Assembly (NCBI GenBank): GCA_963823555.1
Contig: CAWGMA010000004.1
Span: forward strand, 412,974 to 476,973
Direction of reading: 5' to 3'
Length of the DNA: 64,000 nt
DNA from: Candidatus Eiseniibacteriota bacterium
Lineage (GTDB): Bacteria; Eisenbacteria; RBG-16-71-46; CAVPCR01
Shown: positions 9,952 through 19,200 of the stretch, piece after piece
Layout: every line of letters begins with the position of its first letter
Numbering within the stretch: position 1 is the first letter of the stretch
Made by a program: the position numbers and the translations under genes
Notes under the pieces: generated by a model
What the model was told of the DNA's origin: nothing
What the model saw: the letters and a program-made list of their open reading frames with translations, nothing else
Database searches by the model: none

Positions 9952-11241
9952 ATGATCTTGAGCGGGAGTACCGGCCTTCGGGCCAGAGGAGAGCGTGGAC
10001 GTTCGGGTCTCGCTGCGGCGGGCTTGCTGGCAATCCTCGTTTTCCTCTCCTGCGGTCAGGAGGACCCCACTTTTCGCCCGGACGGCGGCGGAACGGTGCC
10101 CAAGGGATCGATCGCCGTCTCCTCGTCGGTTCCGGGGGCCCTCATCTCGCTCGATGGGGTGGGGACCGGCCGCGTCACTCCCGACACCCTGCGGGAAGTG
10201 GATGAGGGCGAGCATCGGATCGGGGTGTTCCTCGCCGGGTTCTTCCCGCCCGATGACCAGGTGATCACCGTGATCGCCGATTCGCTCGAGGCCGTGCACT
10301 TCGAGCTCACGCAGATCCCGGTTTCGGGCGGGATCGCGGTGACCGCGCCCTACCCGGCATCGATCCTCGTCGACGGGGCACCGACCGGGCTCGCTGCGCC
10401 GGATACCGTGAGTGGTCTGGCGCCCGGCGAGCATGCGGTCACGCTCGTGCTTGCCGGTTTCCGGAGCACACCCGAGGAGCATCGCATCACGGTCGTGGCG
10501 GGCGAGGTGGCGGCGGCCGAGTTCGACCTCGTCGTGCCCAAGGTCGTCGTCTGCGAGGACTTCTCCAACTATGCCTGCATCCCCTGTCCGGCGGCGGATG
10601 CCGCGCTCCAGGAGGTGCTGCTCGACTACGCGAATGGGCGCGCCTTCTCGGTCAATCCGCACGTCAACTTCCCGGGTCAGGGGGACCCCTTCTTTCAGTT
10701 CAACCCCGCCGCAGCCAACGCGCGCATCTTCCTGAACCAGGTTTCCACCGCGCCCACCATCACCGTTGACGGGGTCGCAGTGCCGATGGGGCCGCCCTGG
10801 GTCGAGCCGATCCGGACCGCGATCGAGGCCCGGCTCCAGGTCGAACCTACGCTCGCGATCGGCGTGCGCTCCGCGCTGGGTGCCAGCGAGCTCCGGGCCA
10901 CGGTGGACGTGTGGGTGGTGGCAACATCCACATCTTTGCCGCCGTCCAATCTCCTGCTCTACACCTGGATCGTGGAGCGCGAGGTGATTCTCGAGCCGCC
11001 GGGCCCGAACGGGCAGTCCGAGTACAGGAACGTGATGCGCCACCTGTTCCCGACGCCGGCATCCGGCACCATCGGCGGCGAGCCGCTCGGCACGCTGACG
11101 GAGGGAGAGCGCCGAACTTTCGAATATGTCTGGCCGCTCGCTGGCAATGTCGACCCGAGTCAGCTCGCCGTCGCCGCCTTCGCCCAGGAGAACGGCGGCC
11201 AGCGGCGGGTCATCCAGAGCGGGAGCACGCTCGTGCCATGA
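9952..11241 (+). CDS. Lipoprotein B: two PEGA-like domains + CxxC domain homologous to the N-domain of protein A
   Basis: Lipobox 'LAILVFLSCGQ'. PEGA-like 'ISLDGVGTGRVTPDTL...GEHRIGV' and 'ILVDGAPTGLAAPDTV...GEHAVTL'. 'VVCEDFSNYACIPCP...TITVDGVAVPMG...NGQSEYRNVMRHLF' is colinear with A ('EESTNWGCPPCY...VTVDGRNGPIPG...NGEQDHYDVFRH'). Confidence 0.7.
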   Translation: MILSGSTGLRARGERGRSGLAAAGLLAILVFLSCGQEDPTFRPDGGGTVPKGSIAVSSSVPGALISLDGVGTGRVTPDTLREVDEGEHRIGVFLAGFFPPDDQVITVIADSLEAVHFELTQIPVSGGIAVTAPYPASILVDGAPTGLAAPDTVSGLAPGEHAVTLVLAGFRSTPEEHRITVVAGEVAAAEFDLVVPKVVVCEDFSNYACIPCPAADAALQEVLLDYANGRAFSVNPHVNFPGQGDPFFQFNPAAANARIFLNQVSTAPTITVDGVAVPMGPPWVEPIRTAIEARLQVEPTLAIGVRSALGASELRATVDVWVVATSTSLPPSNLLLYTWIVEREVILEPPGPNGQSEYRNVMRHLFPTPASGTIGGEPLGTLTEGERRTFEYVWPLAGNVDPSQLAVAAFAQENGGQRRVIQSGSTLVP

Positions 11242-11366
11242 TTCGCTCGCCGCTGCCGTCTTGCTCTCGAGTTTCGCCCCGCGGCGCCAGCCGTCGCGGA
11301 GGACTCAATTGCCGCAGCCGATCCGATGGCTCCGGCGCATTCCGATTCCGCGGAGGAGTACGACCG

Positions 11367-12842
11367 ATGCGCTTCAACCTGTTGCATCCCACTGCTTCAG
11401 CCCGGGCCATCCTGTGCCTGGGGCTCGTCCTCGGCACCGCCATTGCCGGCAGTGCCTGGGCCACCATCGACTTCACCTTCACGACCTCGAAGGCGGTTCT
11501 GGTCGGCGAGACGGGTCTCGATTACGTGAAGCTCCACTGCGAGGTCACCAACACCGGAACCGAGGCCGACCAGTACGACATCCTCCGCATCGTGCAGAAC
11601 CTGCCGGCCGGCTGGCAGAGTTCGATCTGCGTCGGCGGCGAGGATGGCATCTGCCAGGCGCCATTCGTCGACTCTCTCTACGCCGGGACGCCGCCCTGTC
11701 CCTTCCCCTCGTGCGGCGGGCCCAGCGGTTTCGGCCTGGCCCCGGCCGCGATGGACTCGATCTCCTGCTACATCACGCCCGATGGTCCGGAAGGCAGCGG
11801 TTATGTGACCTTCCGCGTGCGCTCGGTCGCCAATCCGGCGGTGGCCCGCGATCTCACCGTGGGCTGCGTGACCGATGGCGTGATCGTGCTGCTCGTCGAT
11901 GACGACGGCACGCAGACGCTCGAGACCTACTACCAGGCGGCCGTCCCCACCGGGGTTCCCCATGGCACCTGGCGGCGCTCGGCCCAGAGCTTGACCGCCG
12001 CCGACTTGCAGAACTTCTCCTCGGTCGTGTGGTTCACCGGCAACGCCACGCCGACGCTCGATGCCAGCGATCGCACCGCCATCACGGGCTACCTCGCCGG
12101 CAACCGCGGGCTCGTCCTCTCCGGCCAGGACATCGCCTACGATCTGTGCGACCCGGCAAGTCCCAACTACTCGGCGGCCAACGTCACCTGGTACGAGACC
12201 ACGCTCAAGAGCCGCTACGTGAACGACAACTCGGCGAGCTTGAACCTCGTCGGCGTGGCCGGCGATCCGGTCTCCAACGGCCTCAACCTCGCGATCCAGG
12301 GTGGGAGCGGGGCCAACAACCAGACCGACCCCGACGTCATCCGGCCCCTCACCGGCGCCGGAACGATCTGGACCTATCAGACCGGGGGCGGCACGGCGGC
12401 GACGCGGGTCCTCGGTAGTGGCTACCGTGCCGTCAACCTGGGGTTCGGGTTCGAGGCCATCGCGAATGCGGCCAACCGCGAGGCGGTGATGACGCAGGCC
12501 CTGACCTGGATGGCCGGGAGCCCGATCGGGATCGAGGATCAGGCCGCGGGCTCGGTGCCCGGCGCCTTCCGTCTCGAGCCGGCGCGCCCGAATCCCTTCA
12601 ACCCGCACACCGAGATTGCCTTCGCGCTCGACCGCCCGGCGACCCTCCGCTTGCGCATCCTGGATGCCACGGGGCGCACGGTTCGTGTGCTCGCGGCCGG
12701 TGATTTCGCCGCCGGGCGCCATGCCCGGGCCTGGGACGGACGGGATGGCTCGGGACGCGAGATGGCCTCCGGCATGTATCTGGCCGAGCTCACGGTCGAT
12801 GGTGGGCCGAGCCAGCAGGTGAAGCTCAACCTCGTTCGCTAG
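11367..12842 (+). CDS. Secreted modular protein C: Cys-rich N-domain + 'DDDG' domain (paralogous to A) + FlgD-Ig-like/T9SS-type C-terminal domain
   Basis: Start set to ATG 11367 (MRFNLLHPTASARAILCLGLVLGTAIAGSAWA signal peptide; GGAGGAG about 9 nt upstream). The ORF-track start 10911 lies inside gene B. 'IVLLVDDDGTQTLE...GQDIAYDL' matches A. C-terminus 'NPFNPHTEIAFALDRPATLRLRILDATGRTVRVL...WDGRDGSGREMASGMYLAEL'. Confidence 0.7.
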   Translation: MRFNLLHPTASARAILCLGLVLGTAIAGSAWATIDFTFTTSKAVLVGETGLDYVKLHCEVTNTGTEADQYDILRIVQNLPAGWQSSICVGGEDGICQAPFVDSLYAGTPPCPFPSCGGPSGFGLAPAAMDSISCYITPDGPEGSGYVTFRVRSVANPAVARDLTVGCVTDGVIVLLVDDDGTQTLETYYQAAVPTGVPHGTWRRSAQSLTAADLQNFSSVVWFTGNATPTLDASDRTAITGYLAGNRGLVLSGQDIAYDLCDPASPNYSAANVTWYETTLKSRYVNDNSASLNLVGVAGDPVSNGLNLAIQGGSGANNQTDPDVIRPLTGAGTIWTYQTGGGTAATRVLGSGYRAVNLGFGFEAIANAANREAVMTQALTWMAGSPIGIEDQAAGSVPGAFRLEPARPNPFNPHTEIAFALDRPATLRLRILDATGRTVRVLAAGDFAAGRHARAWDGRDGSGREMASGMYLAELTVDGGPSQQVKLNLVR

Positions 12843-12874
12843 CCTTCGGGACTCGTGAGCAAGAGAATCAGGAG

Positions 12875-13522
12875 ATGGAACCCGTGGTGAAGAACCGATT
12901 CATCCGCTCGGTGCATCCGCTCACGGCACGTGCCTGGTATCTGCCGGTCGTTGTCGTGCTGGTTCAGCTGCTGGCGCTCGCCGTCTTGACGCCGGGGCCC
13001 GCGGTGGCCGCCGACAAGGCCGACGTCCCCAACTTCGTGCTCAAGGACCTCGATGGCAAGGACGTCTCGCTCGCTGAACTCCGGGCCAAGGGGCCGGTGG
13101 TCATCGACTTCTGGGCCACATGGTGCAAGCCGTGCCTGCGTGAGCTGCCATACGTCGATTCGCTCCGCGTCAAGTACGCGGATCAGGGACTCGAGGTGGT
13201 GGCGGTCTCGATCGATGAGACGCGAAGTCTGGCCAAGGTCAAGTCGTACGTGAAGACCCACGATTACGGGTTCCGCGTGCTGCTCGACCCCAACCAGCGC
13301 ACGCTGCGTCAGCTCCAGGGAGTCAACGTGCCCTACGTTGTCGTGGTCTCGAAGGATGGGCAGCGCCTCTACACGCACTCCGGCTACCGCGAGGGCGACG
13401 AGAAGGAACTGGCCCGCGTGGTGGCCGAGGTGCTATCCGGGAAGACGCCCGCGGATGATGAGGCGGGGATGACGGGAGAGGTCGAGTCCGGAGGCGGGCA
13501 GGAGTCCGCTGGCGGCGAATGA
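12875..13522 (+). CDS. TlpA/ResA-like thiol-disulfide oxidoreductase (thioredoxin fold, AhpC/TSA family)
   Basis: 'VVIDFWATWCKPCLRELPYV' active site WCxxC. Signal/anchor 'WYLPVVVVLVQLLALAVL'. RBS CAGGAG precedes the ATG. Confidence 0.85.
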   Translation: MEPVVKNRFIRSVHPLTARAWYLPVVVVLVQLLALAVLTPGPAVAADKADVPNFVLKDLDGKDVSLAELRAKGPVVIDFWATWCKPCLRELPYVDSLRVKYADQGLEVVAVSIDETRSLAKVKSYVKTHDYGFRVLLDPNQRTLRQLQGVNVPYVVVVSKDGQRLYTHSGYREGDEKELARVVAEVLSGKTPADDEAGMTGEVESGGGQESAGGE

Positions 13523-15126
13523 AACCAGCGCTCTCCGTGGCGGACCGTTTGTCTCCTGACCGCCCCGCATGGTCCTGCTGGATCGCGGCGAGCGCGTTGG
13601 CGCTCGCCGCGATCCTCGCCTCGCCCGTCGAGGCGCAGTTCCGCCTCCCCGGCGGATTCAGCGCCATCTACCAGACCGAGTACTCCTACGGGGAGTCGCA
13701 GATCGGGGGCGGGAGCGAAGGGGCGGCCTCGATCTTCGAGAACTGGCTCAATCTCGATTACACGCGGGGCGACTTCAACGCCGGCGTGCGTTTCGTCGCC
13801 TTTGCCCCGCCCGACCCGGTGATCTATCCCGGAGGACCCAACAGCGCCGGGATCGACTTCGGCTTCGGCGAGTACGTGACCACCCGCGGTAGCCTGCGGG
13901 GCGGCAGCTTCTATGCGCTCTTCGGGCGCGGACTGGCGCTTCGCTCCTACGAGAACCGGCAACTCCGCGTCGATACCAACCTCCTCGGCGGAAAGGGCGT
14001 CTTGAGCCTCCCCGACGGCGAGGTGAGTGCCCTCATCGGAAGCTCGGTCGAGGGCAATGCCGAGGATGCCGATCGGGGGCGCACCGAGGCGCTCAGCGGA
14101 GTCGATTTCGAATACGGGATCCCGCTCGGGTTCCGTCCGGGCGTGAGCTTCGTCACGACGGATGTGCCCAGCCAGGGCACCGACCAGTACGAGCCGCAGC
14201 GGATGAAGGCCGCCCGTCTCGCCAATACCGTGGCCGAGGTCGATCTCTACGCGGAGTTTGCTCGCGTCGACGGGCCCGCGACGCGGGCCGGGGCGACCGC
14301 CCCCAACGTCCACGGCCACGGGTTCTACGGCGTGGCGGCCACGGCCATCGGTCGCCTCGGGCTCCTCGGGGAATACAAGGACTACGAGCGGCTGGTCTTC
14401 GAGAACGATGCAGGGATCGCTTACATCCTGCCGCCCGCCGGGCTGCGCGAGCATCAGTACAATCTCCTCAACCGGCACCCCCACCAGCTCGACACCCGCG
14501 ACGAGGTGGGTTTCCAGGCCGAGGTGACCTACAACACGGAAGCCATCACCGAGCGCGGCCAGAGCTCGTTCCTCTTCAACTGGGGCTACACGCGCAACCA
14601 TGAACCGGAGGAGCAGCAAGGGAATCACTTCGACGACGTCTACTTCGAGATCCAGCAGGAGCTCGGCGGCGACAAGCTCCTCGTCGGTGGACTCTCCTAC
14701 CAGCGCAGCTTCGACTCGATCGAGACGCCCGACCCGCTCCTGACGCTGTGGACGCCGCTCGCCGATCTGCGCATGCCGATCGGAGAGCGGCATGGTCTCC
14801 ATCTGCAGTACGAGCACCAGCACTCGAGCTCGGATCGGCTGGGGAGCTTCGATACCGAGTTCATCGTCATCGAGGGCAGCCGCAGTCCGAATCTGACCGC
14901 ATCATTGCTCCTCGAGATCTCGAACAAGTCGGATGTCCAGCTCGAGCTCCAGGGCGAGGAAGAGACGACCTTCGTCGGCGGCGAGATCTCCTACACCCTC
15001 TTCGATCAGCACGAGCTCACGCTCTTCGTCGGATCGCGGAATGCCGGCTTTGTCTGTGTCGGCGGGGTGTGTCGCTACGAACCGGCGTTCGATGGGGCGG
15101 AACTGCGACTGGTCAGCCGCTTCTGA
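13519..15126 (+). CDS. Putative outer-membrane beta-barrel protein (535 aa)
   Basis: ATG overlaps the TlpA stop (ATGA). Signal peptide 'AASALALAAILASPVEA'. Alternating amphipathic beta-strand composition rich in Y/F/G. C-terminal 'AELRLVSRF' ending in Phe is typical of OM barrels. 'CVGGVC' near the C-terminus. Confidence 0.65.
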   Translation: MKPALSVADRLSPDRPAWSCWIAASALALAAILASPVEAQFRLPGGFSAIYQTEYSYGESQIGGGSEGAASIFENWLNLDYTRGDFNAGVRFVAFAPPDPVIYPGGPNSAGIDFGFGEYVTTRGSLRGGSFYALFGRGLALRSYENRQLRVDTNLLGGKGVLSLPDGEVSALIGSSVEGNAEDADRGRTEALSGVDFEYGIPLGFRPGVSFVTTDVPSQGTDQYEPQRMKAARLANTVAEVDLYAEFARVDGPATRAGATAPNVHGHGFYGVAATAIGRLGLLGEYKDYERLVFENDAGIAYILPPAGLREHQYNLLNRHPHQLDTRDEVGFQAEVTYNTEAITERGQSSFLFNWGYTRNHEPEEQQGNHFDDVYFEIQQELGGDKLLVGGLSYQRSFDSIETPDPLLTLWTPLADLRMPIGERHGLHLQYEHQHSSSDRLGSFDTEFIVIEGSRSPNLTASLLLEISNKSDVQLELQGEEETTFVGGEISYTLFDQHELTLFVGSRNAGFVCVGGVCRYEPAFDGAELRLVSRF

Positions 15127-15411
15127 TCTGCATCCAGCGTCATCGCCGGTGCCTCAGTTTCGACTTGCTACCGCGGGTTTTTGCTGGTACATCGGAACCG
15201 GAAGTGGCCGGATAGCCCCGTCCGGCTGGTCGCCCGCCGGCCTGCCTGTGCCCCGTTCGCGGGCGACCCCTCAGACGCGCGCCGTCGCCTCGAGCGCTCG
15301 CGCGCGCGGGCAGCACTCGATCAGCACGGGCGCCTGTATTCGCCCGTCTCGGCGCCGCAGCGGCGGCGCCGTGGGAACCACCATCCAAGTCCCTTGGCCA
15401 AGGAGGCCCCA

Positions 15412-16251
15412 GTGTTCCTCCTGCTCATGCTCGTGAGCCTGACGGTGGCGATCTTGACCACCGCCCTCGTGATTGTCCTGTTCCGCGGTCCGATTGCCGG
15501 CATCCTCGGCCGGATCGTTGCCGAGCCGGTGGCCGCAGCCTGGCGGCGCTACCTGAGCTTCGCCCTGCTCGTCGTCGGCATCTCCTCCGGCGTGTCCATG
15601 TGGACGCTGGAGCGCCACTTCGAGGGTCCGGCCCGTCCCGATGCGGTGACGGCGCCGGGCGCCGTCGCCGCCGCCTTCGGGCCGACGACCCTCTCCACCG
15701 AGGCCTGGGTGTTCGAGGTCTACCGCACCGTGCTCGGCTCGCTGCGCGGTCTCTCCGGGGCGCTGCTCCTCTTCTTCGGCATCGCCCTCGTCGTTTCCGG
15801 GATCCAGCGGGGTCTCGGCGATCGTGGCGGGAGTCCTGCGGGCGTGGCCGGGAGCGGCCGCGGCGACCGGGAACGAGGTCGCCCGCGCGGGTCGCAGGTC
15901 ATCGCCGGCGGGAGAGCCGAGGGGCGCCGTCCGTCCGCCCAGGGTGGTTCCTCCTCAGGAAGGCGAGGCGGGGAAGGGCGCGGGCGCGACTCCGAGCCGC
16001 GCCGCGATCAGAGGGGAGGGGAGCCGCGGCGCGATCTGCGTTACGGCCGGACGGGGGATGGCCGGAGCGCGGACAACCGCTCCGGGAATGGTCGCACGAG
16101 CTTCAGCCGGGCCAGCAATGGCCGGAGCCAGGACAGCCGGGCGGACGACACCCACTCCACCGAAGGCGACCCTGGTCCCGCGGAAGCGCGTCCCGGTAAC
16201 GGGGATCCGACACGCCGCGCGGTCTTCGAGCGCCGCCCGCTCGGGGGATAG
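15412..16251 (+). CDS. Membrane protein with three N-terminal TM helices and a long Arg/Gly/Ser-rich (RGG-like) disordered C-terminal tail
   Basis: GTG start at 15412 preceded by AAGGAGG with a 5-nt spacer. TM helices 'VFLLLMLVSLTVAILTTALVIVLF', 'LSFALLVVGISSGVSM', 'ALLLFFGIALVVSGI'. Tail 'GRRGGEGRGRDSEPRRDQRGGEPRRDLRYGRTGDGRSADNRSGNGRTSFSRASNGRSQDSR'. Confidence 0.5.
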   Translation: MFLLLMLVSLTVAILTTALVIVLFRGPIAGILGRIVAEPVAAAWRRYLSFALLVVGISSGVSMWTLERHFEGPARPDAVTAPGAVAAAFGPTTLSTEAWVFEVYRTVLGSLRGLSGALLLFFGIALVVSGIQRGLGDRGGSPAGVAGSGRGDRERGRPRGSQVIAGGRAEGRRPSAQGGSSSGRRGGEGRGRDSEPRRDQRGGEPRRDLRYGRTGDGRSADNRSGNGRTSFSRASNGRSQDSRADDTHSTEGDPGPAEARPGNGDPTRRAVFERRPLGG

Positions 16252-16275
16252 GCCGGCGCCCGGGCAGCCCACCCG

Positions 16276-19200
16276 CTAACGCAGGAGAGCGATCTTGCCG
16301 GTGCGCACCTCGCCGGCAAAGTCGAGGCGGTAGAAGTAGATGCCGGAGGGCACTGCACTCCGGCTGCCGGTTGCCGGACCGCCGCCACCCAGGCGGGCGG
16401 AACCATCCCAGCTCACCTCATAGAATCCGGGCGACATCTCCGTGTCGACGAGCTCGGCCACGGCGCGCCCGGCCGCGTTGTAGACCACGAGCCGGACATG
16501 CCCGCGCGCCGGGAGGCCGAAGGGGATCGTGGTGCGTCCGGCGGTGGGATTCGGGCGTCCGGGTCCGAGCACGAGCACCGCCGGGGCCGGTGCGTTCGTG
16601 GGCTCGACCCCCGTGGCTGCGTTCGGCGTCCCCGGGGTCGGCGGATGGAGCGGGAGGAAAGGTCGCGATTCGCCATCCGGCAGCCGGCCGAAGGAGATGT
16701 CGGGTAGCTGCGGCCCGAAGGTCACGGTGTCGATCACGGCGAAGGAGGCCGTCGCGTCCGCGAACAGGCCCACCCGTTCCCCGGTCGCCGACAGCCGGAA
16801 GTTGGCGTGGAACGGTCCCTGCCACGCATCGTTGTCGCACCAGACGAGGAGGAAGTCGCCGGGGGCGAGCGTGGTGTCCGGGAACACGTACTTGTTCGGG
16901 ATGGCGAAGTTGTCCGTCAGACAGAACCCGAGGAGCGGGATCGGCAGGGTCCCGTTGTTGTAGATCTCCACCCAGTCATCGTACTCGCCGAATTCGTCGG
17001 TGTTGGTGGCGACGTTGTCGGCGAGGAACTCGTTCACCACGACCTCGGGTGGAATGTAGGCCACCGTGTAGGCATGGGTCTCGAGCGGGGCGTCGCGCGG
17101 ATCGGTGTAGGTCCGCCCATCCACGTCCTCGGCCCAGATGTAGTACGAGACGATGATCGGCGCCGGCTGAGCGGGGAGCTGGGCGGTGTAGATGTTGTCC
17201 CCGGCGATGGGATCGCCGCCCGTCCCGTCATCGGCCATCACGACCTCGGTAAACGTCGAGCCCGTGCCGTAGAAGCAGCTCGCCGCCGCCACCCCGGTGT
17301 CATCCAGGATCCGAGCCGTGACGAGCACGGGTTCGTTGAGCCCGGGGGTCGCGGGTATGGTCTCGACCTGCGAGATCGCGGGCGGCAGGTTCCCCTGCGG
17401 CAGGTTCGCATCCCAGGGGGTCGGCGTTCCCATCAGCGTCCAGTTGTAGCCGCCGTCGGGGTAGCGGCCGTAGGACACGTCCTTGACCTGCCCGCCGAAG
17501 CTCTTCGAGTCGATCGGGTGATTGCCGTCCTGGTCCGGACCGAAGAGGCCGACCCACTCGCCCGTCTTCTCGAGAGCGAAGTTCGTGTGCGTGGGGCCCT
17601 GGAGCGTGTCCCTGTCGCACCAGAAGAGGATGTGCCCGCCGGGCGGCACGGTGGTGTCGGGGACCGCCCACTTGGTCGGCAGCGCGATGTCGTCCGTCAG
17701 GTAGTGGCCGGCGAGACTCACCGGCGAGGCGCCGAGGTTCACGAACTCGATCCAGTCTTCGTATTCGCCCATCTCGTCGGCGAGCACCGAGTCGTTGTCC
17801 GCCATGATCTCGTTCAGGAAGAAGGTCTGCGGCGGCATGTATTGCGGCGTGGGTGCACGCAGCGCGACATAGTCCTGGCGGAGAGGAATGTAGCCCTTGA
17901 TCTCGGCCGCCCCGCCGTCGGTCCAGGTCGGATCCTCCCAGCCCCACTTCCTCCAGTCGAGGCGAGCGTCTCCCGCCATGCGGACGTGGGCCGCATCGAT
18001 GACGGGGTCCATCCGGGCCGGCGCCATGTCCTCCTCCATCATCTCGAGCAGACGCTCGTAGACGCGCCGGCGGACATGCGGTGAGTTGATCAGCCGTCTG
18101 ATGAGTTCGTTGCTCAGTCCCCCCTCGTCCAGAGGGTTGTTGAAGTTGACATTCGACTCGTAGATCCCCAGGTGGCCGAAGGTCGTGTCCAGATCGTCGG
18201 GGAGATAGGTCCAGCGGCCGGTGACGAATTCGTCGTGATAGAGATAGTAGTTGCGACAGAAGAAGCTGTCGTTGGAGAGAGCGATCATCGCGGCGTAATA
18301 CTCGATGAACGACTCGATGTCGAAGACCGGGGCGAGCACGTTGTAGATCTCGCTCGCCGGCGTGTTGTTGATGAGCTCGATGAACTGGATCAGATGGCCG
18401 TAGCCCGTGGACTCGTTGGTCTTCTTGGGATAGTAGATCTGGTAGAGGCTGTCCGCTGCGAGCGGCTTCAGGTCGGCACACTCGTCGCCGGGGCCTCCTT
18501 CCACCTCGTAGAGGCTGCCGCCGGTGTCGAAGCCATTCTCCCTGAGCCAGCGCCCGTCGACGTTCTCGACCGCGGTGTAGACTCCGAAGAACTCGCCGTT
18601 GACCCGGAGCTGGGCGTGCTTCGCATTGTATACGGGGATGCCCACGAGCTCGCAGAAGTCGGATCCGAGCTTCTCCCTGAGGAGCGTGCGCTCGCCGTGG
18701 GTCGAGTCGAGATTGAGCTCGGTCTGCCCATCCAGGAACTCCTGGCCGGCAATGAACTCATTGAACTTGATCTTCCAGGACTTCTTCGCCACCGAGCGCG
18801 AGGTGTTGCCCCGATACCGGACCCCGACGTTGTTCCAGACCTGCCCGTTGTAAGTGAAGCTGGCCGGGTAGTAGTTGTCGAAGTTGACGTTCTGGTTCAG
18901 GAGCTTCCAGATGCCCGGATCGATCGTGATCCGGTAGGTGGGAAGGCTGGTCGCCGAGTCGAGCAGGACCTCCCCCGTGAGCGGGGTGCTGGCAGCGCTC
19001 GAGTTGCCCCAGACATCGGCGGCGATCACCCGGTAGTGGTACGGCGGATGGGTTGGCAGGGCGGTCAGGTCCTCGTGTCGCGAGCGGCGGGCCAGGTTCG
19101 GGGTCAGACGCTGCCAGGGGCCGCTCACGCTCTCAGCCCGCTCCACGTGATAGCCGGCGAGATCCTCTTCCATGTTGTCCTGCCAGTCGATGAGCACGCC

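Noticed and set aside
10911-11366. Upstream part of ORF-track ORF 10911..12842, including the ATG at 11238 overlapping the stop of gene B
   Set aside because: This stretch lies within gene B in another frame. The peptide before 11367 has no hydrophobic signal. The ATG at 11367 is preceded by GGAGGAG and starts a canonical signal peptide.
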